A stretch of 64,000 nucleotides of DNA from Myxococcota bacterium (GCA_965140415.1 OZ223209.1:544001-608000); one strand, 5' to 3'; positions 38,558-49,693 are shown, numbered from the stretch's first letter. Numbers and translations are program-made. Notes: generated by a model from the sequence alone, not told the origin.

Positions 38558-39365
38558 CAACTTCCGATAGGATGTCATCCAGCCGTTGCGGAGTAATCAT
38601 GCTGTCGGCATCGCAACGCGCGCAGGATGGATCGTCGTGAACTTCCAAAAAAAGTCCATCGACTCCAAACGCTGCTGCCGCCCGGCACAGCCCGGCCACG
38701 AATTCCGGCGTGCCGCCACTGCGGTCCTGTCCACCGGAAGGTTTCTGCACCGAGTGCGTACCGTCGAAAATCGTGCAGAGCCCCAAAGATCGTTGAATCG
38801 CCAGCGAGCGAAAATCCACCACCAGATCGTGATAACCGAAGAAGGTGCCTCGTTCTGTCGTGAATACGTTTCGATTCCCGGTGGACAGCACCTTCGCAAC
38901 GACATTCTTTAAATCCTCCGGCGCGACAAACTGCCCCTTTTTAATGTTGATGGCTTTGCCTGTCTCGCCCGCTGCAAGCAGCAGATCGGTCTGGCGACAG
39001 AGAAATGCCGGAATCTGCAATACATCCAGCACTTCGGCGGCGGGGTTAACCTGTTCGGGCAGGTGAATATCGGAGAGCAGCGGCAGATCTAATTCGGCTT
39101 TAACGCGCGTCAGGATGCGCAAGCCTTCATCCAGTCCCGGTCCCCGGTAACTGTCGATCGAGGTGCGGTTGGCCTTATCGAAAGAAGATTTATAGATCAA
39201 TGGCAACTTGTACTTTTCGGCGATCTGCTTTAACCGCTCGGCCATACGCAGGGCGTGCGATTCTCCCTCGATAACGCAGGGTCCGGCGATCAGCAGGAGC
39301 GGTTGCCCGTCCCCGATGCAAAGCGATTTGCCAATCGAAACCCTGCGTGTAGTTTCAGTTTGCAT
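38526..39365 (-). CDS. kdsA: KDO8P synthase
   Basis: IAGPCVIE, SFDKANRTS, QIPAFLCRQTDL, KKGQF, THSVQ motifs. Confidence 0.97.
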   Translation of the reverse strand: MQTETTRRVSIGKSLCIGDGQPLLLIAGPCVIEGESHALRMAERLKQIAEKYKLPLIYKSSFDKANRTSIDSYRGPGLDEGLRILTRVKAELDLPLLSDIHLPEQVNPAAEVLDVLQIPAFLCRQTDLLLAAGETGKAINIKKGQFVAPEDLKNVVAKVLSTGNRNVFTTERGTFFGYHDLVVDFRSLAIQRSLGLCTIFDGTHSVQKPSGGQDRSGGTPEFVAGLCRAAAAFGVDGLFLEVHDDPSCARCDADSMITPQRLDDILSEVVRIRTVLELT

Positions 39366-40110
39366 AGAGCCTCCTAGCCTGTTCCAGATCTTCGGGCGTA
39401 TTGACGTCGATTATACCGCTTCCATCGATTGTACTCACCTGAATTCCGAATCCGGCGTCCAGGGCACGCAACTGCTCCAGCGATTCGCGTTGCTCATTTT
39501 CAGAAACCGGCAGCTTGAGATAATCGAACAAGGCTTTCCGATGATACCCGTATGCACCGAGATGCCGTAGCAGCGAATGCTCCGGCAAGGAATGGCATAA
39601 GCGGCTGGCGTTTTCATAACTGCGCGTAAAGGTCAGCGCCTTACCCCGTCGATCGACCAGTGCTTTGACGACGTTTGGATTTTCCCGTTCTTCTTTGCTT
39701 ATAAGCACCGTACCCAACGTGCTGATAGCAATATCGTTCTGGTGTTGCAGTGGGTCGATCAGTGCCGTCAAAGAGGCAGCATCCAGGCCCAGACAATCCC
39801 CCTGCAAGTTCAGCACGATTTCGAATTCCGGCAGTGAGTCCGCCACTTCGGTCACACGCTCCGAACCATTGACATGCGTTGAAGAGGTCATCCGGGCTTC
39901 ATATCCTGCCGCCTGTACGGCAAGGAAGATGCGCTTGTCATCGGTAGCCACGATCACGCGGTCGATGAGCTTACAGGCTTGGGCCAATGCCGCTACGCGA
40001 ACGACAAGCGGAAACCCGGCGACATCGGCAAGCGGCTTACCCGGCAGGCGAGTCGAATCGTAACGGGCGGGAATCACCGCCAGCACAGGCAATGTTTTCT
40101 TCGTCACCAT
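39355..40110 (-). CDS. kdsB: CMP-KDO synthetase
   Basis: IPARYDSTRLPGKPL, NLQGD, ESLEQLRAL motifs. Confidence 0.95.
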   Translation of the reverse strand: MVTKKTLPVLAVIPARYDSTRLPGKPLADVAGFPLVVRVAALAQACKLIDRVIVATDDKRIFLAVQAAGYEARMTSSTHVNGSERVTEVADSLPEFEIVLNLQGDCLGLDAASLTALIDPLQHQNDIAISTLGTVLISKEERENPNVVKALVDRRGKALTFTRSYENASRLCHSLPEHSLLRHLGAYGYHRKALFDYLKLPVSENEQRESLEQLRALDAGFGIQVSTIDGSGIIDVNTPEDLEQARRLYAN

Positions 40111-40127
40111 AGCGATTGGCTTCTCTT

Positions 40128-40160
40128 AAAAAAACAAGCCGCATGAAACACCATGCGGCC
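40128..40160 (-). terminator. Intrinsic terminator
   Basis: GCCGCATG-N6-CATGCGGC followed by TTGTTTTTTT on minus strand after stop at 40193. Confidence 0.7.
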
Positions 40161-40192
40161 TGTTGCTGTCGTATAGAGTTTTAAAGGACGAT

Positions 40193-42121
40193 CTACAGGT
40201 CTCCGTCCGCCGCGTCGCCATCTTCCACAGCGCTGTCGCCGTCGGTTGCAGGCGTATCCCCATCGACAACCGCCGTGTCGCCGTCGGTTACCGCCGTGTC
40301 GCCATCGGTGACGGTCGTATCGCCATCGGTGGCAGTGGAGCCGTCGACCGGGAAGTGATCGGGATGCGGGTAGAAGATTTCGCCGGAGCGTAGAATCTCA
40401 CGGTGTGTGGGCTCGCCTTCCTGCGGATCGGGTTGTGCACCACCCGCGATCAGGATGGAGCCATCACGCAACATCGTTACGGTGTGACCCATGCGAGCCA
40501 GCGGCGTCACCACATTGGGAACCATACCCATCTGCACGACTTCGCCGTAGGGATTCTTCAGATCCGCGAAATTGGTGCGACCGCTGTACAGTTCGAAATC
40601 GCTGACGCCTTCACGCAGTTTGTAGTCGTACACGCCGCCGATCACTGCCACGCGATTATCCGGCATGACCGCCATTTTGTGGAAGGCGCGCTGGTTGTTC
40701 ATGTTGAACTGCTGCGAAGTCTTCGCGGTGAAATCGATGAATACCGCCGAAGCGACCGGATCGGTCAGTTTCTCGTCGGTTCCCTGAGCGGTCTTCTGCA
40801 TGCCACCGCTGATGATCACCTGCTGCCCGTCGCCGTAAATAGAAGCGGCGTGGTTGTAGAGATCCGGCCACAGGGTGTATCCGTCGATGTCGCTCAGCAA
40901 TTCCGTGTCGGCGCTTTCCGAAACGAATTTCTCTGCAACGTCTTCACCCGGCGTTACGCCGCCGTAGAACAGAATCTGCCCGTTGGACAGGCGCGTGGCA
41001 GTGTGCGAGGAACGCCCGGCTTTCAACTGGATGTCCAGCAGGCGGAATTCCGGCTTGGTCATCGCCGCAGCGGGATCGAAGGTCAGCATTTCCATGGTAG
41101 ACAAGCGACCGCCGTCGCCCCAGCCGCCGGCCACCAGAAAGCGCGTGGCTTGTGGCGGATCGGTGTCGATGGGAGTCACCGTGAAGAACGCGCGCTGCTG
41201 CTTCATGTTGATGACCAACTCGACACGACCGTTGCCGTCCGGGTTGTAGAGCACTGCCGTTTTGTGAATGTTGTTCAGATCCGCTTCCATGTAGGCGCGG
41301 CCATCCTGGCCATGCAGCATCCAAAGTTGATCCGCACCGCCGATGATCAGCACACGGCCATCGGCCAGCAGAATGGATTCATGCCCGGCGCGTTTCTGAT
41401 CCAGCGGCGTCATCTGCTTGAAGGAGCCGGTCTGCGCGTCGAAGAGAATGACCTGCTTGGTGGCAACACCCAGATCGCACTGTACCGAGCCGCCGAATTC
41501 TTCCGGGAAGCAGGCGTTTTCACGAATCTGGGACACGCCGCCGGTGATCAACACCGTCATGCCGTCGCGCAGCAGGGTCGCCGAATGGAACACACGCTCG
41601 ATTTCCATGCAGTTAAAGGCAAAGGTGATATCGCCCACACGTCGCATGTAAACGTTGACCGGAATGGCTTCGGTGGTGGGATTGACCTGCTCGGTGGTGA
41701 TATCCACGTTGTAGTTATGACCGATCCAAAGCAATTGTTTGCTGGCATCGTAAGCGTTGATTTGTAGATGCATGTTCTGCTGTAACGGCAGATCGAAAAG
41801 CGTGAAGGAACTGGAATCCGGCAGAATGCAGGTAACGGGATCGTCGCAGACGGAAGCGACGGTAACCTGCTTTTTATGCAGTTCGGTTCCCGATTGCGAA
41901 GAAACGATGAAATCCAGCGAAGCCACGTCGCTGGGCAGTTTGCCTTCGGTATAGTTCGTCTGGCTGCTTTCAAACTGCGTAACGGAACATCCGCTCGTCT
42001 GCTGCATGAACTTGATTCCGATTTGCGGCTGTTGCACGTCGCCTGCATTGTCGCTGCAAGCCGCCGCCATAAGCGTCAAGATGAGAATCGCGAACCACAC
42101 CAAGTACTTGCTTTTCGTCAT
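40193..42121 (-). CDS. Kelch-repeat beta-propeller lipoprotein with C-terminal DGD repeats
   Basis: AAAC lipobox; R.FHSAT.L.DG.VLI.GG Kelch repeats; seven DGD at approx. 7-aa period at C-terminus. Confidence 0.87.
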   Translation of the reverse strand: MTKSKYLVWFAILILTLMAAACSDNAGDVQQPQIGIKFMQQTSGCSVTQFESSQTNYTEGKLPSDVASLDFIVSSQSGTELHKKQVTVASVCDDPVTCILPDSSSFTLFDLPLQQNMHLQINAYDASKQLLWIGHNYNVDITTEQVNPTTEAIPVNVYMRRVGDITFAFNCMEIERVFHSATLLRDGMTVLITGGVSQIRENACFPEEFGGSVQCDLGVATKQVILFDAQTGSFKQMTPLDQKRAGHESILLADGRVLIIGGADQLWMLHGQDGRAYMEADLNNIHKTAVLYNPDGNGRVELVINMKQQRAFFTVTPIDTDPPQATRFLVAGGWGDGGRLSTMEMLTFDPAAAMTKPEFRLLDIQLKAGRSSHTATRLSNGQILFYGGVTPGEDVAEKFVSESADTELLSDIDGYTLWPDLYNHAASIYGDGQQVIISGGMQKTAQGTDEKLTDPVASAVFIDFTAKTSQQFNMNNQRAFHKMAVMPDNRVAVIGGVYDYKLREGVSDFELYSGRTNFADLKNPYGEVVQMGMVPNVVTPLARMGHTVTMLRDGSILIAGGAQPDPQEGEPTHREILRSGEIFYPHPDHFPVDGSTATDGDTTVTDGDTAVTDGDTAVVDGDTPATDGDSAVEDGDAADGDL

Positions 42122-42271
42122 GGTATTCCTCTGCCACTGTTCTATGAATTGCAACCGAAAACGGTACGCTTATCATATAGTAGATGCAGGACGTGTCAAG
42201 GTTTTCTTCACAGCCCCGCTTTCGTCCCCCTGCCATACCTGTGCTTCAATCGGGAATGTTATTCCCGGCGA

Positions 42272-43054
42272 TCAATCTGCCACGGCTTGCAGCAGAATTG
42301 CGGTGATATTGTCGTCGCCACCGCGCGAGTTGGCCAGATTCACAAAGAATCCCAACGTGGTTTCCGGATCTTTGTTGGTAGCGATGTTCAGAATCTCGGC
42401 TTCCGTGACGTAATTGGTCAAGCCATCGGAGCACAGCAGAAACCGATCTCCCGTTTTGCAGGGAACCAGATCGCTATCTACCAGGATGTCACGTTCGAAA
42501 CCGACCGAGCGGGTGATGATGTTTTTGTATTTACTGGTTTCCGCCTGCTCTTTCGTGATGAGCCCGGCATCAACCTGTTCCTGTACCAGGGAATGATCGG
42601 TGGAGACCTGATCGATCTGGTCGTCGTGAATGCGATACAGGCGGCTGTCGCCTACATGCGCGAAATACAACTTGTTTTCGTGGAAGAGCAGGCTACAGAC
42701 CGTGGTGCCCATGCCTGCCAGGTTGCGGTCCTCTTCGATTTTGTCCAGAATCGCTCCGCTCGCCGCACGCACGGCATCGGCCAGCATGGTTTCGACCGGA
42801 TCTTCCACCGAGAACATCATGCGCGTTCCCGTGGCGGGTTGCTGGGAATCGTTGGGGGTAAGCTGCGAGAGTTTCTCTCGAATCACCTCATCCATGACCT
42901 CCACCGCCGTACGGCTGGCGGTTTCTCCGGCGATATGTCCGCCCATGCCATCCGCCACGACATACAACCCGGTTTCGTCGTTGACGAGGTGGCTGTCTTC
43001 GTTGTGGTCCCGCTTTTTACCTACATCCGTTATCGCCCAGGATTCCATCCTCAT
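42272..43054 (-). CDS. PP2C-family Ser/Thr phosphatase (Stp1-like)
   Basis: NEDS, VADGMGGH, MGTT, HVGDSR, CSDGL, GGDDNIT motifs. Confidence 0.95.
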   Translation of the reverse strand: MRMESWAITDVGKKRDHNEDSHLVNDETGLYVVADGMGGHIAGETASRTAVEVMDEVIREKLSQLTPNDSQQPATGTRMMFSVEDPVETMLADAVRAASGAILDKIEEDRNLAGMGTTVCSLLFHENKLYFAHVGDSRLYRIHDDQIDQVSTDHSLVQEQVDAGLITKEQAETSKYKNIITRSVGFERDILVDSDLVPCKTGDRFLLCSDGLTNYVTEAEILNIATNKDPETTLGFFVNLANSRGGDDNITAILLQAVAD

Positions 43055-43168
43055 CGATTCAGCGCCTTCTTTTCCGGTGGTGGCCTACTAACCCCTTCCA
43101 ATTCTTATAGAATACCAGTTCATGCCCAAGTAGGCAAATCCTTTTTTACGCCTTTTGTCGAGTGATTT

Positions 43169-44935
43169 TCACGCGCTGGCTTTGATTTTGCGTCTTCGGG
43201 ATGTTTTCCCGGAACGTTTGGACACTTCATCCTGTTCCTGCTCAATGCGGCGCAACAATTCTTTAGCGGCCTGTTGGGCCGCGTCACCACCAGAGGAACC
43301 GGTCATCATGCGACCCAGTTCCATCTCTCGCGCCGACTGATCTTGAAGCGCCAGAACCTGGCTGTAGGTGCGCCCCTTGCGGGTCGATTTCATGACTTGA
43401 AGATGCTTGTCGCCGTAGGCAGCGATCTGTGGCAGATGGGTAATGCAGATCACCTGACGCTCGCGCGACAACTGCCGGATTTTACGCCCCACCATGGCGG
43501 CAATATCGCCTCCGATTCCGGCGTCCACTTCGTCAAATACCGATAATGCCACAGGATCTTTGGCCAATAACACGCATTTAGCCGCCAGCATCACACGCGA
43601 CAATTCCCCGCCGCTGGCGATGCGCGAAAGCGGGCGCAGATCTTCCCCGACGTTGGGAGAGATCAAAAAGCGGACTTCGTCCAGGCCGGTGCGCCCCAGC
43701 CGCTGTCCGTCCGTTTCGATGTCGTCCGTTTCTTTTTCGATGCGCGGTGTCACGGAAACGGCAAAACGGGTGCGCGTCATGCCCAGATCGGCCAGTTCCG
43801 CCTCGATGCGCGCTGCCAGCGTTTCGGCAGCCTGCATGCGTTTTTCGGATAACTCCCGCGCCAGGCTCAATGCCTGCGAACCAGCTTTCTCCACCGCCTG
43901 GTCCAACTGCTTCATCGACGCATCCACATCGCTCAGCCGTTCCACCTGTGCCCGCATCTGTTCCTGTTTTTCAAGAACGGCTTCCGTGGTTGAACCATGC
44001 TTGCGCATCAGCCGTCCCAATAGCGCCAGCCGATCCTCGATTTCGTCCAGCCGTCCCGGCTGCACCGTAGCTTGCCGATTCAGACCGTCCAGTGAAGCCG
44101 CGACATCCTCCAACTCCAGCCGAGCAGAGCGCAGCCGCTCCAAAAGCGGTCCCAGTTCCGGCAGCATCAGCGCGATGCGCTCCAGTTCCCGTTCGGCGCG
44201 ACTGCATTGCGATGCCACGGCGCGCTCGCCGTTCAATAGCGTCTCTGCCGCAGACAAGCCCGCCTGGATCGCCTCGGCATAACGCGCCCGGTCGCGCTCT
44301 TCGGCCAGTTCCCGCTCTTCACCGGGTTTGATTTGCGCCTGTTCCAGTTCCGCCAGTTGGAAGTTTAAAAAATCGATCTGTTCTTCCCGTTTGCTGGCGG
44401 CCTGTAACAGTTTCTCGCGCTCCTTTACAAGGTTCAATAGCGCTTCATAGCGTTTCGCCACCCGGTCGCGCACTCCTTCCAGATCGCCGCTACGGTCGAG
44501 CAGCAGTAAATGATTTTCTTCTTTTAACAGGCTCTGGTGCTGGTGCTGCCCTGAAATGTCCACCAGTGCTTCAGCCAGCTGACCCAAGGTCGCCACCGTC
44601 ACCGGGTGATCGTTCAACCAGGCACCTGAACGGCCCTCGCGCTGAATCTGGCGGCGCAGCACCAGCGGCTCTTTTACATCGATGCCCAACTGTTGCAGCC
44701 GTTCACGGATTCCGGTTTCCTCGGAAGGATCGAAGATGGCCGATATTTCGGCGGAATCGCAACCGGTGCGCACTGCATCGGAAGATGCTCGTCCGCCCAG
44801 CACGAGATGCAAAGCCCCCACGAGAATCGACTTTCCCGCGCCGGTTTCGCCGCTCAGCACCGTCAGGCCGTCGCCCAGTTCCAATTCCAACGCCTCGATA
44901 ATGGCGAAATTTCGAATCATCAACTTTCTGAGCAT
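43169..44935 (-). CDS. recN: DNA repair protein RecN
   Basis: GETGAGKS, GQHQHQ, ASGGELSR, FDEVDAGIGG, ITHLPQIA motifs. Confidence 0.97.
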   Translation of the reverse strand: MLRKLMIRNFAIIEALELELGDGLTVLSGETGAGKSILVGALHLVLGGRASSDAVRTGCDSAEISAIFDPSEETGIRERLQQLGIDVKEPLVLRRQIQREGRSGAWLNDHPVTVATLGQLAEALVDISGQHQHQSLLKEENHLLLLDRSGDLEGVRDRVAKRYEALLNLVKEREKLLQAASKREEQIDFLNFQLAELEQAQIKPGEERELAEERDRARYAEAIQAGLSAAETLLNGERAVASQCSRAERELERIALMLPELGPLLERLRSARLELEDVAASLDGLNRQATVQPGRLDEIEDRLALLGRLMRKHGSTTEAVLEKQEQMRAQVERLSDVDASMKQLDQAVEKAGSQALSLARELSEKRMQAAETLAARIEAELADLGMTRTRFAVSVTPRIEKETDDIETDGQRLGRTGLDEVRFLISPNVGEDLRPLSRIASGGELSRVMLAAKCVLLAKDPVALSVFDEVDAGIGGDIAAMVGRKIRQLSRERQVICITHLPQIAAYGDKHLQVMKSTRKGRTYSQVLALQDQSAREMELGRMMTGSSGGDAAQQAAKELLRRIEQEQDEVSKRSGKTSRRRKIKASA

Positions 44936-44937
44936 GG

Positions 44938-45792
44938 TCAGTTCTGGCCCCAACCTAATTTTTGACGAAGAATGTCGAAGTAGCTGTGTGTCGGAGATTG
45001 AATCAGTTTGACCGGAATGGAACTCTGCCGAATGCGCACCCGGTCGCCTTCGAGAATCTGCACGCCCTCCTGACCGTCCAAGGTTAAGTAGACTTCGCCG
45101 TTGGCTTCGGGCAGATCGATTTCCACTTCCTTGTCGCCTGCTACGACAACGGGCCGGTTGGCGAAGGTGTGCGGGCAGATCGGCGTCAACACGAAGGCGT
45201 TCAACGTCGGATAGAGCACCGGTCCTCCGGCGGCCATGTTGTACGCCGTCGATCCAGTAGGCGTAGACACGATCAGGCCGTCACCGCGATAGGACGTCAT
45301 GAATTGGCCGTTCAGATACGCTTCCAGGCGGATGATGCGCGCCAATGTCGCTTTGTTGATCACCACATCGTTCAATACGACTTCTTGCAGGTATTCCTTT
45401 TCGCCGCGAAACAGCGTCACGTTCAACATGCGCCGCTCGGTGACCTGATAATTGTCCTGTAAGATTTCTTTGAGCGCTTCGCAACAGTCCGCTTTCTGCA
45501 CTTCGGTCATGAATCCCAGCGTACCCAGGTTGATTCCCAGAACCGGAATGTCGCGCCCGTTTAGCAGATGCACTGCATGCAGCAGGGTGCCATCTCCACC
45601 AAGCACGACCACCAGATCCGCCTCGTTCATCATCTCTTCTTCCGGCAATACCTGCACCCGCCGGGAATGAGTCGGGTAGTCCTCGCTCAGATGAATGTAG
45701 CAGTTCTGGCTTAACAGCAGGCTCACGACGTTGTCGAGTGTTTCTCGCGCCGTGGCGTGTCCCCACTTACAAACGATTGCAACGGTCTTCAT
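44938..45792 (-). CDS. nadK: NAD kinase
   Basis: GGDGT, GTLGF, LND, DGLIVSTPTGSTAY motifs; upstream of recN. Confidence 0.97.
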   Translation of the reverse strand: MKTVAIVCKWGHATARETLDNVVSLLLSQNCYIHLSEDYPTHSRRVQVLPEEEMMNEADLVVVLGGDGTLLHAVHLLNGRDIPVLGINLGTLGFMTEVQKADCCEALKEILQDNYQVTERRMLNVTLFRGEKEYLQEVVLNDVVINKATLARIIRLEAYLNGQFMTSYRGDGLIVSTPTGSTAYNMAAGGPVLYPTLNAFVLTPICPHTFANRPVVVAGDKEVEIDLPEANGEVYLTLDGQEGVQILEGDRVRIRQSSIPVKLIQSPTHSYFDILRQKLGWGQN

Positions 45793-45866
45793 TCGTGCTC
45801 ATCCTTCAGGCCGATAGCCGCAGCCTGTTGCAAATTGCGTTTTTGTATTCCTAACATCTTCCTTGT

Positions 45867-47381
45867 TCATGGCAGACGCTCGGCTTTTTCCACTTGAACC
45901 GATCCCATCAAACCAGTCAGTTGCACCTGGGCTTCCATGCCGCCTTGTGTAAAGGCGAGATGCCCGGCATCCACCGGAAACTGTCCCCAGGAAGGATCGA
46001 TCGATACCCAGCGCCCCAGCCACACCTGCGCCCAGGCATGATAACCAAAGCCGCCCTGACTTTCGGAATAGACCAGCCCCATCACTTCCTGCGCGGGCAG
46101 ATTGGCCGCTCGGCACAAGGCCACGAACAGCACCGCGTGCTCGCCGCAGTCGCCGACCAGGCTACTCATCGTTTCCGACGCATTGGAAAACGTCGGCGTG
46201 TAGCGTTTTTCCACGTTGTCATACACCCAGCGCATGATGCGCCGGGCCAGCTCGCCGCTGGTTTTTACCCCTTCGGCCAGCTTGGCCGCCTGCTTCTGAA
46301 TGGCGGGATCATCCGTTTGAATGCGATGTGTGGCCTGTAATGTCAGATCGAACTGCTTGCGGTCGAAGGTATTTGGCGCAGGGGTTTTAGCCAGATCCAG
46401 CTTCTCGACAGTCACCGTCAGTTGCTGCCGCTTTGGGGTCAAGTTCTGCCAGTGTTGCCGCTCCGATTCGATGCGCAGCGACTCCGGAACACCGGAAAGC
46501 TCCAGCTTCACGCCCGCGGCGCTATCCAGATCGGAAAGCGCTTGCGGCGATTCAATCAAAGTCGCCCGCATGAAGTCCGCCTGGCTGATGCCGCTCTTTG
46601 CCTGCTTTTCCGTTTCCCAGCGAGCGGTCAGAAAACCGGCGACCAGCGTTTCGAGCATTTCGCCGTGATCGTCGTACCAACTCACCACCGACAATCCCAG
46701 CTCGGCGATACGCCCGTCCACACGAATCAGCTCCGTTTGCACACCGGCAATCAGGCGCGTTTCACGCTGCTTAACAATCAGATCTGTTGTCAGCGATTTC
46801 TGTACGGAGGCATCGAAGCTTCTGCTTTTCGTGGCGTATCCAGGTAAAGCTTTCCCCTGCCAGATTGCAGACTCGATCGCCAGCACGTCTTGCAGGGATT
46901 CCCCAGCGAAGGTGAGTTGCTGCTGGCTTTCGCGTCCGCCGGTGCTTTGGAAAAGCTGCAAGCGTTTTCCTTGCGCCACACCGGAAAGGCGAACGTCGCC
47001 GGTTGGACCGCTCATCGAATAGCGCAGGGCGGTCAACTGCCCGGTCTTGCTGCTGTAAATGCGCGTATCGAGCGATTTCATGCGGGTTTTTGCGCCACCC
47101 ACCGTTAATGTGAAATCCACTTCGTTGATCACCGACACGCTGCCCGGCTGGCTGCTGTCGAAACGCAATGACATCCAGCCGACCTTTTGTCCCTGAAAGT
47201 ACAAGCCGAAGTAGCGTGTTGCACTTTGCTGCTTCACGCGTTTGACCAGCGCGCCGACACTCATCGGTTTGGCGGTTGTTTTAAGGGCAGCGGCCTGCAC
47301 CGAGAACGACCAAAGCAATATAAGAGCGATCAGCAGACACAGGCAAAAAGCCTGTCGCTTCAGAAAAGCCAATTGACTCAT
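45867..47381 (-). CDS. Secreted transglutaminase-like (Cys-His-Asp) domain protein
   Basis: Signal peptide; GDCGEHA, YHAW, SIDPSW motifs. Confidence 0.88.
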   Translation of the reverse strand: MSQLAFLKRQAFCLCLLIALILLWSFSVQAAALKTTAKPMSVGALVKRVKQQSATRYFGLYFQGQKVGWMSLRFDSSQPGSVSVINEVDFTLTVGGAKTRMKSLDTRIYSSKTGQLTALRYSMSGPTGDVRLSGVAQGKRLQLFQSTGGRESQQQLTFAGESLQDVLAIESAIWQGKALPGYATKSRSFDASVQKSLTTDLIVKQRETRLIAGVQTELIRVDGRIAELGLSVVSWYDDHGEMLETLVAGFLTARWETEKQAKSGISQADFMRATLIESPQALSDLDSAAGVKLELSGVPESLRIESERQHWQNLTPKRQQLTVTVEKLDLAKTPAPNTFDRKQFDLTLQATHRIQTDDPAIQKQAAKLAEGVKTSGELARRIMRWVYDNVEKRYTPTFSNASETMSSLVGDCGEHAVLFVALCRAANLPAQEVMGLVYSESQGGFGYHAWAQVWLGRWVSIDPSWGQFPVDAGHLAFTQGGMEAQVQLTGLMGSVQVEKAERLP

Positions 47382-47722
47382 GACAGCATCGGCCCTAATG
47401 GACGACCGGCCATAATATGCATGTGCAGGTGAAAGACTTCCTGCCCGGCGTCTTTATTGGTGTTGACGATCAGACGGTAGCCGGATTCGTCGAAACCGTT
47501 GGCCTGTGCAATCAGCGCTGCCGCCACGTACATATGTCCGAGCAACTGCTCGTTTTCCGGGGTTGCCTCGTTTACGCTGGCGATATGCTCCTTCGGAATT
47601 ACCAGGATATGCACCGGTGCCGCCGGTTGGATGTCTTTAAACGCCAGCACCCAATCGTCCTGGTACACGATATCCGAGGGAATTTCCCCTTTGGCGATTT
47701 TGCAGAAAATGCAGTTGTCCAT
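47378..47722 (-). CDS. HIT family nucleotide-binding protein
   Basis: CIFCKI, AGQEVFHLHMH histidine triad. Confidence 0.95.
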   Translation of the reverse strand: MDNCIFCKIAKGEIPSDIVYQDDWVLAFKDIQPAAPVHILVIPKEHIASVNEATPENEQLLGHMYVAAALIAQANGFDESGYRLIVNTNKDAGQEVFHLHMHIMAGRPLGPMLS

Positions 47723-47907
47723 GCTCTCTCCTTTATCTTGAAACTGTGGTTCGCATGTTGTAGGGCATTATGCCTGCATCGCTTGCCGGAAGCAAGGGAA
47801 CAAGTTGGATCATGTTCGTCTTGTTGACACACTTGAACGAAGGTCGAAAAAAGGCGCGAACAAAATGTCCGCGCCATGAGGATCAATACATGATGAAAGT
47901 AACGAGC

Positions 47908-48864
47908 TTAGGCTTCGCCCTTTTCCTTTAGCACTTCGCCTACGGCGGCTACCGCGCCCAGCACACCGCTGGCTTCGTATGGGATAAAGACCTTGGCGCT
48001 GCGCGAATTGGCGATTTTCTCCAGCGTTTCCAGATACTTGATGGCGATTAGACCCTTGGTCGGGCGACCGTCGTGAATGCCCTGGAAGACCTGGCGGATG
48101 GCGTTGGCGTTGGCTTCGGCGACCTTTTCGATGGCATTGGCTTCCGCTTCCGCGCGCAGAATCTTGGCCTGCTTATCACCCTCGGCCTCGGCGATGGCGC
48201 TGTCGCGTTCACCCTCGGCTTTAAGAACGTTGGAGCGCTTGATACCTTCCGCCTCGGTAACGGTGGCGCGGCGCTCTCGTTCGGCCTTCATCTGCTTGGC
48301 CATGGCCTCTTCGATTTCGCGCGGCGGGTTGATGTTTTTCAATTCCACGCGCGTAACCTTGACGCCCCACTTGTCGGTGGCTTCATCCAGCACCAGGCGT
48401 AGTTTGCTGTTGACGGTTTCACGCGAAGTCAGGGTCTCGTCCAGATCCAGTTCACCCATCACGTTACGCATGTTGGTGATCGCCAACTGTCGGATCGCCA
48501 GGGAAAGATCTTCGATTTCATAGACCGACTTGACCGGATCGGAAATCTGATAGTAGATCACGCTGTCCACCTGCATGGTGACGTTGTCGTGCGTGATGAC
48601 CGGCTGCGGCGGGAAATCCATCACGTGTTCGCGCAAATCGATGCGCTTCCAGAAGCGGCCTTCCAGGCGGAACTGGCGCACGTTATCCAGCACCGGAACG
48701 ATGAAATGCAGGCCGCTGCCTGCGACCCGGTGAAATTTACCAAGCCGTTCCACTACGATGGCTTCCGACTGCTTTACAACGTAAATACCTTTTAGTAACA
48801 GGACAAATACGAACCCGATTATTGCCAGTACGACAATGCCGACCGCCCCTGCCATTCCTGCCAT
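47908..48864 (-). CDS. SPFH/band 7 (QmcA-like) membrane protein
   Basis: VERLGKF, ITHDNV, WGVKVTRVE, QMKAERERRA motifs. Confidence 0.95.
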   Translation of the reverse strand: MAGMAGAVGIVVLAIIGFVFVLLLKGIYVVKQSEAIVVERLGKFHRVAGSGLHFIVPVLDNVRQFRLEGRFWKRIDLREHVMDFPPQPVITHDNVTMQVDSVIYYQISDPVKSVYEIEDLSLAIRQLAITNMRNVMGELDLDETLTSRETVNSKLRLVLDEATDKWGVKVTRVELKNINPPREIEEAMAKQMKAERERRATVTEAEGIKRSNVLKAEGERDSAIAEAEGDKQAKILRAEAEANAIEKVAEANANAIRQVFQGIHDGRPTKGLIAIKYLETLEKIANSRSAKVFIPYEASGVLGAVAAVGEVLKEKGEA

Positions 48865-48946
48865 GATTTTCTCCTTTTATATGCTGCGAATCCGTTCTAT
48901 TACGTGTTTATTCATTCTACCAGGAAGCGAAAAACTGTTTTGGTTC

Positions 48947-49438
48947 TCACTCTTCCGGTTGCTTTTCTTGCGGCTTTTCCGCTGTGACGGTCAATGTTGC
49001 GCCGCTGACTTCGCTGACCCAAACGATGGCATCCTTTTCCAGGCGCAGCCCCTCCGCCGTGATCGCCGACCAGATTTCTCCGCCGACTTTAACCGAACCG
49101 CGCGTGATGCTGCCCTCGATGGGGTCCATTACTCTGGCCTGTTTCGCCACCAGGGCTTCGTAATTGGTTTTGATCTTCGCTCCCGCCTCGGAGGTGAAAT
49201 AGGTGCGTACCACGCGCTGAATCACGAACAGCATGATGACGCTGGTGATGCCGAAGCAGAGCAGTTGTGCGGTGATCGGCAGATCGAAGAATGCCAGTAG
49301 CGCCGTGACCAGCGCCGCCAACGCAAACGGCAACGCCAGGAAAGAGAAAGTCAAAATCTCGACGATCCCGAGAATAACTCCCAGAATCACCCAGTGGGCC
49401 CACCCAATCGTGTCAAACAGTTGCGCAAACCATTCCAC
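48947..49438 (-). CDS. NfeD-family membrane protein
   Basis: N-terminal TM helices, GSVKVGGEIWSA OB fold; paired with SPFH gene. Confidence 0.92.
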   Translation of the reverse strand: MEWFAQLFDTIGWAHWVILGVILGIVEILTFSFLALPFALAALVTALLAFFDLPITAQLLCFGITSVIMLFVIQRVVRTYFTSEAGAKIKTNYEALVAKQARVMDPIEGSITRGSVKVGGEIWSAITAEGLRLEKDAIVWVSEVSGATLTVTAEKPQEKQPEE

Positions 49439-49693
49439 GGCACACCCTCATCACTCATAAATGTTATCGTTCGTAAACCGTCAATTTTACTTAGCACAGC
49501 CCCGCAGTAATGACAAGCATAATCAAAGCGAACCGACTTCTGCCAAGTAGACTGGAATGAGCCCTGAATCAACACGAATTTTGCTGGAATTCACTTCCCT
49601 TCTCCATTATGCTGGATCATCAATCCGAAGCCGGGAAGTAATCCCGTCTTTTTTACTTGCTGTCACGAATGGTCAGTTATGAAAGGGTACGAA